DNA of 64,000 nucleotides from Balanoglossus misakiensis (taxonomy: Eukaryota > Animalia > Hemichordata): assembly GCA_040954595.2 (NCBI GenBank), contig CM082583.2, positions 7,190,849 through 7,254,848 of the forward strand, in the 5' to 3' direction. The notes beneath the pieces are model-generated. The model was not told where the DNA came from. It saw nothing but the letters and a program-made list of their open reading frames with translations, and made no database searches. Positions 27,101 to 38,859 of this stretch are shown piece by piece (position 1 is the stretch's first letter; every line of letters starts with the position of its first letter). The translations under genes were made by a program, and so were the position numbers.

Positions 27101-28396
27101 TAAACCTGGCCTCCTGGTTCTTACAAACTGGCTGGTCAGTTATTGACTTAAAACGTACAAGAGTAAATTAGCTTTTGTGTTTCAGCTAAACAGCCTTTAT
27201 CATGTACTGAAGGTAGTACAGCTGTGACTTAGTCATAAATTCTCAGCATTATTTCCATGTGCACAACTGACAAATGTGGATTTTTACACGTTCCAAAATA
27301 ACCACATTAAAAACCAAGTTACATAATAATCACAGACTCAAAGACAGGACGTTTGCCACTCACACTTCCAGTTCTATCATGTCACTATTACAAGTTAGAA
27401 TGCACAAAATGCTAATATCAGGTGATATATGCAACTTTTACATGATACATACATACTAGATTCATGTACATACATACTATTTACAAAGCTCAATAAAAAT
27501 TCATGATTTTAACACATACTTGACAGCTTTCTCAAAACTTCAAAAGCCATTGTTTCATAATTATCGCATGACAGAAGGTGTGAAAGTAAAAGAGCCCTGT
27601 GACAGGACATTTAAGGTCACCAATCAAGCATGGTATTTCTGTACAACTATAACTTATTTTCATTTTGTTTCAATTTGACAGTTTTATCATGACAAAACAA
27701 TCGTCAGTGCCATTATTCTAATTTGTGGTCACAAATTATCAATTTTCAAAAATTGGCCAACTCTAGGTCCACAATTTCCTTAGGTGGCACAGTTTACAGG
27801 GGGCTTCCTTTAGAAAGAGTTTGTATACATACAATATGATCCAAGTAACACCTGTTATGAGACTGCACATGAATAAATATCATTGGAAGCCGAATAAAAA
27901 TTATCAAAATATCATCTCGGATTCATTTTACAAATATCAAGAAATAACACTATTCTATCCTACATTGAAGGACACTCTGAGGACACCTGGTGAATGTCAA
28001 TATCAGGTGTTTGTTTCACCCATATTTCAACTGTGGTGGCTCCCCTCATTCACTCTCAATCACTCGGTAGACAACTCACTTACCCCAACAATTCTTTTCA
28101 TGGCTTCCAACTTGAGATTTTCTTTGTTGCTGTCCAACATTTGTTTCAAATCTTCATGCCTGCGCAGAAAAATAAATGAATATTGCTCTTACTCGATCTA
28201 AACAAAATGCAATTAAACGGAAGTGACAAGCGAAAAAAACAGAGGTTCAATCAAACACGAGTCACTCCTACTTTTTGTAGTCAGCTGCGAAGATCCCACC
28301 GCTCGCTGGATCAGTAGCGATGTCTGCCTCACCAGACCCCGTTGACGGTGGACGTTCATTTGCGTACGACCGATGCTCTGTACTATTGTGTGACAT
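18150..28396 (-). CDS. AP3B: AP-3 adaptor complex subunit beta (AP3B1/AP3B2 co-ortholog), ~22 coding exons
   Basis: Exon 1 28396-28272, exon 2 28159-28084 ([26 protein letters not shown]), then [95 protein letters not shown], a Ser/Glu-rich hinge (~20093-20357), clathrin-box-like LLDFD (19839-19853), ear domain, and last exon 18454-18150 ([16 protein letters not shown]). Confidence 0.96.
19686..19778. mobile_element. piggyBac-type MITE, copy 2 (in an AP3B intron)
   Basis: TTAACCCTTTCATCACAGTGGTTTGGTCC...GGGGTGAAAGGGTTTAA; homologous to 16855-16958. Confidence 0.6.
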
Positions 28397-28908
28397 CTTG
28401 TGAAGTTTAAACTTCCAAGCTGTCAAGGAAGTCGAATGAGAAGAAGAACTCGTTATCACTTCCCTAAGCCTTCCAACCAGCTCTCGTCCAAGATGGCGGA
28501 GACCAATGCCAGATCACGTGATTGAAATGAATATTAATATTAATCGAGCCACGTCGCTGTTTTTTTAGTTTTGTGCATCTAAAATGAATACTCCGTGTAT
28601 GTTTCTACGTGATAAAATATCAGGTATGTAAAACTTTGTATTGAAAACCTGAACTGAAAGATTTTATTCCGACAGTCTGTTATCATAAAACTGTCATAGC
28701 GCTATGAGATGACGTCATGTCCAGTCATATGACTTTGACACGTACGCAGGCGCATATCCCATCTACTCGGCCATTTTGTCTACAATTTTACTGTGCGAAG
28801 GTACAGCGAATGTTGTGAAAAAAATTGGATTTTTCATTGACGGCCGTGAAGGTTTCAACGACTGACTGGTACACTTAAGTAAGAAAAAAGCGGTTGATCA
28901 AAAAGGAA
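28397..28908. promoter_or_regulatory. Bidirectional promoter of AP3B and SCAMP
   Basis: 512 bp between divergent ATGs. YY1-type CAAGATGGCGG 28489-28499, CLEAR/E-box TCACGTGA 28514-28521, CRE TGACGTCA 28710-28717, NRF1-like CGCAGGCGCAT ~28745, GCCATTTTG ~28771. Confidence 0.75.
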
Positions 28909-31900
28909 ATGTCCGACTTCGATAGTAATCCATTCGCCGATCCAGAGGCGACGGCCAACCCATGGCAGGTAAGTGAAGTGAGAGCACTGCACCGGGACAC
29001 ACCATGTTGTGTTCAGAAAAAGGGAGGATCACAAATTCTCGAAGCCTAATGTGCAGCTCCGATATTGATTGGCAAGCGTACGAATTGAGCACTTATTTCC
29101 AGTCAGTACAGGATGTTTTTCATCTCTTTGAGTGTCCTGTTCATCTGTGAATTTGTGGCCATGTTTTGATCACCTTGTACCGATATTTAGTCTAGGTGTT
29201 TTCATGGAACCGGCGTTGTAGTTGATTAATTAAGTACAGATTATTACGTGAGCGATCACGAGAATGATTGCAAACTTCCTTGTCTGGTAGTCGTGGGATT
29301 TGCAGCCTAGATCACACCATGTTGTTTATCTCTATATTCCAGTCCATGTATTCGTTGTAACTCACATGGAAGTTTATTTTCCCCACCCTTACTCTGCGTA
29401 CGTACGGTTTGTGAATCAAAATGAAGCCCCTACATCTGATCTCAATAATTGTTATGAACAGTTCACACTGTGCCTATGAATAATAATGACGGAATGCAAT
29501 CAGATTATCGTTTTTATAAATCTCTAGCAACAATCAGTTTGTGTGACCTTCAGCAGTAGTAGACACGTTTCCTGTAATTTATAAGTTGGCTTCCGTTCGA
29601 CAAAACAGTGTGAAGCCAATCCGATCACATTCCTTGTTCCAAATATGTTTTGTTCCATGTTCAACAATATTGAAATTGACATTCAATCTAACATTTACCC
29701 CCCTTCCCATGACATGAAGATTTCGAGAACAGCACCGTCAAACTTCTTGAGAATGGGCATTTTTAAATGGGGCCTTTACCTTCAGCATCAATGTGTGGGT
29801 GAAAAATTTTGTTTTGAACAGAAAGTGTAGTTCTGTCAAAATACTGGTTATATATTAATATAATGTAGCAAAGTATGTGATGGTCAGACTGGTATGAATC
29901 ACTACAGGCTGGAGTGCTTAACTTGGGTGTGCAAGGGTTCATAAATCAAACATTCATATATAACTTTCGTGTATACCACCTCTCAATGTATATGTACTGC
30001 GCACGATTCATAAAGTGTGACTGATGAGGATGTTTAACTGAATTTTAACGCTAAAATAATGCAAGAAACAACAATTTCTCAAATTAAGGTGTGGGTCAGG
30101 AAATGGCTCTGTGACCCAAATTGACATGTACCCCTTTGTTGATTTTGAATTGCTTAGGGAACATGACTATCACAGTCATGAAGGGCCTCTTTGTCCAGTC
30201 AGAGGTAACACTCTCATTCAAAAAAAACCTCCAGGCCCAGGGTAGCGTGTAGCTGCCAGGTTTGCAAGACAAAGTGTCATTGTGTGAAGTCTGCATACCT
30301 GGGCGGCAATAGTAGGGTCACTGTCTAAATATGTGTGTAAAGGACTTGTACTGTAAAATGTACAATCGTTAGTGATACTAAAAGAAATTTTTCATCCACA
30401 TTATAATAATATATATATGACTTGGGCATCATTCCTATACTGTAATCATTTGATCACTTTTACTTTCTTCAGAATATCTGTTTATCACATTATTATCCAA
30501 AGTGCTGTATCATCAACTTCAACAATTACAATAATTATAATGACATATTCCTGTCTCTCTAATGAAATTTGCAGTTAAAGTTTGAGTGGCTGTAATCATA
30601 ATATATTTCAAGCAATGTTGTAAAACAGACCCTGAAACAGCATGTTCTGTCTGTTGAATGGGTCTGTGTGAACCATGCAAGTCCTATCAGTGTACAATGC
30701 AAGCCATTGTGTGGCCAAAATCATTCATATGTTTAGGGCATAAGTACTTTTACTACTATAATCCTATATCATATGTAATATGAGCTATTCTACACATTTC
30801 AAATACAATGCCGATCAACATGACTTAGATAACTGAGTTAACTTGCTGAATATAACAATTAAATGAATTTATGCAAATTGAATTGACAATATGTATGCAA
30901 AACATTACCCAAATTATATAAGATATTGAGGTTAATAACCACACAAATGTAGTACTGCATGTCAGCATATCCTTAGCCCTTGCAAAACCTCCCAGAATTA
31001 TCTACCACAGACTATATTAGTCAGACAAAACATGCTTAAAGTTTATAGGTTGAAAAATTGACTCGGAAACTTAATCTGATGTGGGTGCTGGGAATTAAAA
31101 ATCATTTATCAAAATTAATTGTTATAATACAAGTGAAAACCTTTAACCTGTAGCCCTGTTAACGCCCCTCAAAGAGTGATAAAGTATTCTGAGTGATTTG
31201 TGAGTACGTGTAGTAGCAATGCTTACATGAGTGATCCTTCAGATATGTATATCATTATCACATTGGCTACGGCATTCATTTTCTTCAGGAGTAGCTCATG
31301 ACTGACTTCATTGTTGGGGAGAATGCTCCCCTTGAGTTGCATGCTGGTATTGTCTGTGGCTTTACACACTATCATTCCTTTGTCATCATTATCATCAATC
31401 AAACCTCTGGCAGTCCAAATCCTATTTGTGTTCATTGTCTTGTAGTAATATCAATTTTAGCCAAAGGCATATTCCTGATAGATGCAACAAAAAGCTAATT
31501 GTGTATCAATATGTTAGAATTTCAATCCCGGCAAACATCTGCTCAGTTTCAAACAAACATATAAGGAAGCAGTGCTTTACATGTACAGGAATATGTCTTT
31601 GTAAAATCTGTCTCATTTTCAATGCAAGAGCATGTTTGTTTTATGGTGGTATCCTGTGTTAGTGATCCCAATGTACTCCTTTATTTACAGGACCCTTCTG
31701 TGCAGCAAGCTACCAGTGGTGGCCAGAGAGGTTTAGATGACTTTAACCCATTTGAAGGCAATGCACAGACTACCAAACCCACTTCCGTATGTTGTCATTT
31801 ATTTATTTTGCTTTATTATTATATCCTCATACATCATGCCCTTTGTTGTCCATTTCTACATGTACCTTTCAGTATTATTTCCTATCATATGTTGCCCTGT

Positions 31901-34900
31901 GCTGTTTAGTTGTCAACAGTGTCAGTTACGGAAAGTTCTTTCGTGGTGCAAACGTTTGAACTTGAACTGAAAGAATGCAGTGACAGGTCTTTAAATGCTG
32001 AAATATAATTATTAATCTTAATTTTCAAAAAAAAAATTGCCAAACAGGGGGCTAAAACTACTCCAGTGGTAGCACCACCAAGAAAGCCAGATCCATCACC
32101 AGCTGTAATGATGCCAACAGAGGAACCACCAGCATACACACCATCAGCAGCACAGGTTAGTGATTGTTAAAATACAAGCCAAAGTGCGTCAAGGTTTGCA
32201 TAACTCAGCAGTCAGAGGAAAATCTTTCAGTTCAATTCCTGTGATCGAATAACCTGCTGTGCAACCCTCATTTCTCCAATGTGCATTAATGTGAAAATGT
32301 AATTGACCCTGATTTAATTAGCATGTAATTTCTCCTCCATTGGGATATACCGGTAGTTCATGGGTGTCAGAGTTCACGGATCTAATGTCACGACAGCCGT
32401 CAAAGTAGGAAATTCGGTTAATTTACCTCCCGATACATTCTTTTCTGATCACACAGCCACCTCCGACAGCTCAAGAGGATCTTCTGAGAAGGCAGGAAGA
32501 ACTTGAAAGAAAAGCTGCCGAATTACAAAGAAGGGAAAATGAAATGAAAAATATAAATTACAATCGTGAGTGGAGTTTCTGTGTGGTTGATTCCAGTCTT
32601 GAAAACATTTCATTGAATAATACCAGTACTAGTAGGATGTACTAGTATATGCTAGTTTGATATCTGTAATGATTGGTTGGACAGTACATAGAATACTGAT
32701 TACTGCTGCGTATTTCTTAACCTTCATGAACTCAATTAGTCCTGATCATTATGTGTTGCAGTCGCCTTATTTGCATTCACGGTCCATATCTGTTCACAGA
32801 GGTTGTCCGACTTTACTTTTAGAGTGGATCATGTGAAATCAATGCAAGGTCGTTCTAGTTTCCAGCTGATTTGGCACCAGACAATAATTGTTTGGCCCAT
32901 TGAACCTCAGATGATTTATCTTGGTTCTGATATATTTTATCTGATTTTTGCCAAACTGTCAAGTTGATCAATCACCGTGGTGGTAATCAAATCTTACTCA
33001 TAAAACACGAATCTGACTTGCATGAGAAATAATTCAAACTCTGACATGTGTTACCCCCATATCATGGATTATTTCTTGTCTGCCTCACTCAGTCTACTGT
33101 TTCATGCTCTGTTTTGCGTTCTGTGTTTCAGCTCGAGCCAACAACTGGCCACCACTGCCCGAAAAGTGCCCCGGTGGACCGTGTTTCTATCAAGACTTTG
33201 CTGTAGATATCCCACTGGAATTTCAGAGGACAGTGAAAATGTGTTATTATTTATGGATGTGTAAGTTTGGCCATGTCACTGGAGACACACCCACTAATCT
33301 TCCTTACTGTACTGTGAGAACAAACCATATTGAACCTATGCCAATTCCATCATGTGTATATAGCGTCACACGTAAAGATAACTCGAATTTCTTCAATTCT
33401 TTTTCCGTGGTGTGAAAGCGTGATAAATGCTGTCATGAATAATTGAAATGTTGTATAAAATCAAATCTGTCATTGACCTCCTGCACCATTTGATCCTGTG
33501 GTTTAGCGTCCTTGTAGTTTGGACCCAAATGACTAGACATTCTAGACAGGAGTGTTTTGTACTACTCAAGCAGTACACAACTAATAACAACGTTCTCCTG
33601 TCTTCATTTCCAGGCTATGCATGTCTGCTATTCCTGAATATGTTAGGAGCCCTGGCATGTTTTTGTACTGGTTACGGCGACTGTGCAATTACATTTGGCA
33701 TTTCAATTGTCTATTTCATCCTCTTTGCTCCCTGCTCGTTCGTCTGTTGGTACAGGCCAGCCTACAAAGCATTCAGGTAAGTCCACTAACCCCTGCCGGA
33801 TTATGTCAAATTTTGTGAGACTGTTTTGGTGACAACATGAAAATAAAATCAAACAATCAGTTTTATGTGTTTGTTCCGTTGGATACGCTCGGACTCAATT
33901 ATATTCTTATATTTTTGTTGGCTTTTGTTGAATGTTAAGTTAGCAGAATAGGGATTTTTTTTAAAGTTATAAGAATCAGGATAGACAGGAGTGGAGGGAA
34001 TGAATGGTGGTGGATGTCACTGGGTTTTCTGTGAATGGGTGTCCAATCTGTGTTCTAAATCTACACAATGAAATGTGATTTTTATTTATGCATTCTACAT
34101 TATGCTCTTCTGAAGGTCTCACCATGCATAATGTTATGAATTTGTTTGCGACAGCTGCATTTCATCACAGACGACTCTCACCGCAATCCGAAGTTTTGAT
34201 GTACCCTCCGTAATATTCCCTTGCATCTCATATCGGCATTGTACATGTAATCTCATCAGCTGTCTCTCGTCTTTGACGTTCGCATTTTCATCGAAGAACA
34301 ATTCTTGTCACAAAATATAAAAGTGCATTTGAACATGTCACTGTGGGAAAAGTTAAAGAAGAGGGGACTTTGGAAATCTTCATGCTGACTGTCTGAGTGA
34401 CACAGATTGTGATAGGAAATGTGTTCATTTCTGTTGGACCGTTGCATTGGAAGTAGAAGCCCTGTCCGTCGCGTAGTGTCGTCCTGTCTTTCCTGCATTG
34501 TGGGTTTACCAGAAAAGCTCTCCCTGAATGTGAAAATTCATCCCATTACCCCCTCAAAACCTGTCAGCAATATTACCGTTTGTTGTTTATTGTTGTTTAT
34601 TCTCTCTTCTACAGGAGTGACAGCTCCCTGTACTTTTTTGTGTTCTTCTTCATATTTTTCTGCCAAGTATGTACACTAGTATTCTTTGCCATTGGTGTAC
34701 CAAGCTCGGGGGCGTGGTAAGATATTAATTTCACTCTCAATGACCGGTCAGAGTACTGACATTTTTTCCACGACTGTTTTCATTATTTACAGGAGTGATA
34801 GTTCGTTCAACTTTTTCATCTTCTTCTTCATATTTTTCTGCCAAATTTGTGCGACAATAATCTTCGCAATAGGCATTCCTGGCTGGGGAACATGGTAAGG

Positions 34901-37900
34901 CAAATTATTTAGGTTTATATAAGGGTGCATGCAGTCACGTTACTCAGGGTTAGGTTATCTTTCGTTTTCTCAAAAACATTGTTGAGGTACTATGTTTAGT
35001 ATGAGCTGTGCGGCTGTTTTATTTTCGTAAATATTATTTTTCCATCTAATTTTTTTTTAAAAGGTAGATCACCTTTCCCAGTATACTGTCCAAGTGGCAC
35101 ATGTCTGAGTGAATTGAATTGGCATATTTAACATACAGTGCTTATGGTTCAGATCAACCAAATTCCATACCAGAGATTAAGAATCGAATTCCCATTTCTG
35201 GCTGATAGCATTATATTTGTGGCAGTAAAATTAAGTACTTGCCCAAGTGTCTTAAAATTTTGCATGTGAACCACAAGAATTTATACTGCATATTAGTTTA
35301 TGGCTTTCATGATTATGATTAATTTGCACAATGTCATTAAAACCACTTTCAATATCTTAATAGTATTGTCATAAAATTCTGCATATAGTTTGCTAATGGT
35401 ATAGTACAATTTAAGTGTTTTTAAATTTGGCTCATACTAAATAGGTACCTCCCACTTTGTATAGTATATTGTAGCCTTTCTTTGGTGACTGCGCATGCAC
35501 ATGTATCATCACAGTATATTCCAAGACATTGATCATTTGAAGATTTAGCAAAGATGGACCAATCTGTAAAGGACACTTGCTGTTATGAGTTGTAAAAGTG
35601 TGTCACTATGGAAACACAGTACTCTGACTCGCTGCCTGCAAGCAGAACTAAGAAAAAAAATTGATGGCTTGGTTTTTATGTCAACCAAAATGAAAATGTC
35701 GACTGATCTTCACATGAAAATGTTGGCTGGAATTTACTGTTTTGATTTTTTTTTGTACTTTGGCGATATGTGACTTATCTCCCTTTTTCTCCATAGTGGT
35801 TGGATCATTGCTTTTGGCGTGATAGGTTCAGGAACGGGCAAGGACCCCGATGATGTTGGACAGATCGTCGTTGGTGTGATCATGCTATTTATTGCTCTAT
35901 TGTTTACAGCCTTGGCAGTATTGAGTGCCATTATGCTGAAGAAGGTACTTTCCCACAATCACCAACACATGACATATCACAACACAGACATCAGCATTGC
36001 ACTCACTTCACCTGCCACCTGCAAGCCATTTTCCCATTATAAGCTATCCTGCAGGCCATCATTACTATATTAGGCATATGAATACCATATGTGGGTATGT
36101 CAGTGCCATATTTGGTGTATCAATACCATATTTGGATATATCAGTACCATATTTGGTATATGTGTATTTTGACATATGAATACCTATTTGATATTTCAAT
36201 ATGATTTTTGGTCATTGAAAGAATTAAATTCACTAAAACTCTGTTGACAGGAGATATTGCCCAAAATTCCACCATAGTGACTCTACCGGTACTAGTGTTT
36301 GCATGAGCAAAGCAACTCTCTTGCAAAGTTTCCAAACCAGACCCCAGACATGTCATCACTCAGTGCTGGCATTTGTATTCGCTCAAAAACTTTCCTAACC
36401 TTCTGCCATAGATAGCTTATAACGGTTACACACCATACTTGCCCTTGACTTCTCAACAGAGGTCAAGTTCAAACAAAATCATACATCACCGGCAGATTCA
36501 CACAGCAGTAGAAACCTCACCTACCAGCCTCCCTCAACATATCCTACGCAAGACTGTCAATTGTTTTTTGTTTTTGTTTACTGACATTGACGTTTTGTTG
36601 CCTTGTTTTCCCATCTTGTCACTTTTTAAACTCATAAAACGCCAGTGGATGGGTACTTAGCCTAGGTTTGGTGCAGAAGAACCTTGGGGTAGGATTACTC
36701 ATGCTCATAATCACCCTGGGATTCTGTGCTCATGTCTGCATTTCAGTCTACTTACTCAAAAGGGTAAAGATCAACTTATTCCTGTATTTGCGTTTTTTGT
36801 TTATTTATTAATTTATGTATCAATCCAACCCCACTAGTGGTATCTCCAGAGTGCTTTGTTGTGATGATCTGATATTGATGTGTGGTAGATTGTAGATGTG
36901 TTTGTGTTCTGTAGTGGATGTACTTGTAGTACTGCTTTAAGACGTGCCTTGACAATGCTTGTGTCCCCGGCCCCAAGAGGTTGAATATCATGGGGGGGGG
37001 GGGGGGGGGGGGGGATCTTCTGGAGTTAATATCAGTAGAAAAACATATGACTTAAAAATACCTGTTTTTCAGTAACTAAGTGTATTTGACCATCATGAAG
37101 CTAGTTCAAAGAATTTGAAGAGTTTGTTGTTCATCCCAAGCATTGTCATGGCATGTGAATAATGTTAAAGCTACTAATAATTTCGAGTATCTTCTCACTG
37201 AGGTTATTATTTCTTGAGGTAAAATGCACCAGTTTAGGGAGTACATTTAAGAAAAAAAATTTAATGCTATATTGTGGGGAATCGTTTTGAAAATATTTGC
37301 AAAATTTTGCGTGGTGAACATCTTAAAACTAATTGCAAACGCAGAACACTGTTGCTGATGTATAGTGTTGATACAATGAGAAAATCAGTTTTTTACCAAC
37401 CAAGTTATGACCCCCAACACAGTTGATTAAAATTTGCAAGTATGGTTTTGTCAGTAGTGAAGCAAGTGTTAGATGATGTATGCTCCTTGAGTCTATACAC
37501 ACCTTCCTGTCTTGTATTAATGCATGCAACTCTTACAGAACACCTAACCAATCACCACTTATATTACCTGAAAACTTCTAAACCAGACACTTTAACAGGG
37601 ATATAACCAATCTTGCACTAACTAGCACTAACTACACCTAACCAGCCTTTACTTCCTCTAGCAACCTGTCTCTCTTGCCTGAACTACTTGAATGGAACTA
37701 ACACTTGCATTGGGCACAACTAATCACTGCTACCGGTATCTCTGATTTTTTCCTGTGAAAGATTTGGCGCTTTTTCCTGTGTGATAGTTTTGATTTGCTC
37801 ACCCATTGAGCAATGGGTGTCACAGTTGCTTGAAAGTTCATCATCATTTGTTTTGCATATAAGGCACTCTGGAGGTAGACCGTCAGTTAGTGTTAAAACC

Positions 37901-38859
37901 TAACAAGTCTTGCTGTTAAAACAAATAAATTCACTTGGGTTTGACCGTTATCATTGTCAGAAAACAGAACTGCTTCAATCCCATAATAGTTCATCTTCCA
38001 TAGTTGCTTCATGCTGCTAACACCAGTTAACTAACAAAGCTTAACATTCTGTGTGCATCTTCAATATGCATATTTCCTTGCCTTGCATAATTTTTTGCTA
38101 ATTTTTTCTGCTTGCTTTGTTGTAACAACTAACAATGCACATCGCAAGCACAGACATCTATTCTTCATTTATTTTATAATCTCATTGTTTAAAGGGAGTA
38201 AGTTGCTGTCTTTTGACAGTATTTTGGTTGTTTTAGTTTCATATGAGAAATGATGATTGTCCCGTGTACAAGAAATTACATCATTGAAATCTGGATCTTC
38301 ATTACTTCTCACATCAAACTAAAATATTCAGAACTTCAAAAGACAACAACTTCAGCCCTGTAAATGTTTCGGTAGTCAGTTAAAATGTCTAGATAGTGTG
38401 ACTTTTGGAAGAATAGAATTTTAAGCAAGTAAAGAAATGGAACATATAGATTTATACAGCTCTTTAAGATGTCATTTCTCATAGAAAATATTTCATTTGT
38501 CCTAAAATTTGATATGCATTTGATAATTTACAGTTTTGAAATAAGAACTTTCTATGAAAAAAAATCAAATGCCTGTTAGGAAGTTCATCTTGATAACATA
38601 ACAGAAGTTGCTTTTGTTGGAACAATGAATTTGACAAAGATGGTTGACTTGTTGCTGTTTGGTGGGTTTATTTCCATAGGTGCATAGCATGTACCGCACG
38701 ACCGGAGCCAGCTTCGCCAAAGCGCAGCAGGAGTTCGCGAGCTCGGTGACCTCCAACCCAACGGTACAAGACGCCACAAGGAACGCCGTGTCTGGGGCCG
38801 TGTCGGGAGCCATGACCGGTGGCGGTGGTGGTGGCACCACATCCAACAACAGGATGTAG
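28909..38859 (+). CDS. SCAMP1: Secretory carrier-associated membrane protein (SCAMP1-like, NPF-containing), 364 or 354 aa depending on exon 8
   Basis: Exons 28909-28968, 31691-31786, 32048-32155, 32457-32565, 33132-33260, 33614-33776, [34615-34716 or 34793-34894], [35797-35944 or 36646-36763], 38680-38859. [12 protein letters not shown] start, [27 protein letters not shown] coil, NNWPPLP, E-peptide [11 protein letters not shown], four TMs, [19 protein letters not shown]. Confidence 0.93.
34615..34716 (+). CDS. SCAMP1: SCAMP alternative exon 7a (TM3)
   Basis: ttctacag|G AGT GAC AGC...GCG TG|gtaaga, 102 nt, [33 protein letters not shown]. Confidence 0.88.
34793..34894 (+). CDS. SCAMP1: SCAMP alternative exon 7b (TM3)
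   Basis: tttacag|G AGT GAT AGT...ACA TG|gtaagg, 102 nt, [33 protein letters not shown]. Confidence 0.9.
35797..35944 (+). CDS. SCAMP1: SCAMP alternative exon 8a (TM4, longer loop)
   Basis: ccatag|T GGT TGG...AAG AAG|gtactt, 148 nt, [49 protein letters not shown]. Confidence 0.9.
36081..36200. repeat. Degenerate ~21-bp tandem repeat (ARTACCATATTTGG-TATATC), ~4-5 copies
   Basis: Visible repeated ccatat(g/t)tgg cores in the intron between SCAMP exons 8a and 8b. Confidence 0.7.
36646..36763 (+). CDS. SCAMP1: SCAMP alternative exon 8b (TM4), not in the ORF track
   Basis: Branch-like TACTGAC at 36579-36585 and a pyrimidine tract, then cgccag|T GGA TGG...AAA AGG|gtaaag, 118 nt, same phases as 8a. 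[39 protein letters not shown] aligns to SCAMP TM4. Confidence 0.85.
37543..38133 (+). promoter_or_regulatory. Cluster of ACUAAY (STAR/QKI-type) intronic splicing elements downstream of SCAMP exon 8b
   Basis: ACTAAC at 37617, 37627, 37697, 38030 and 38128; ACTAAT at 37719; further CTAAC cores near 37544, 37638, 37900 and 38017. Confidence 0.6.

Noticed and set aside
36412-36660. Possible alternative terminal SCAMP exon in frame with exon 8a (IAYNGYTPY...WMGT*)
   Set aside because: No similarity to SCAMP C-termini; its 3' half is better explained as the branch point, pyrimidine tract and start of exon 8b.
36915-36985. Third 'ag|TGGATG' start resembling another exon-8 copy
   Set aside because: The translation lacks the GW and TM pattern, and there is no in-phase donor.
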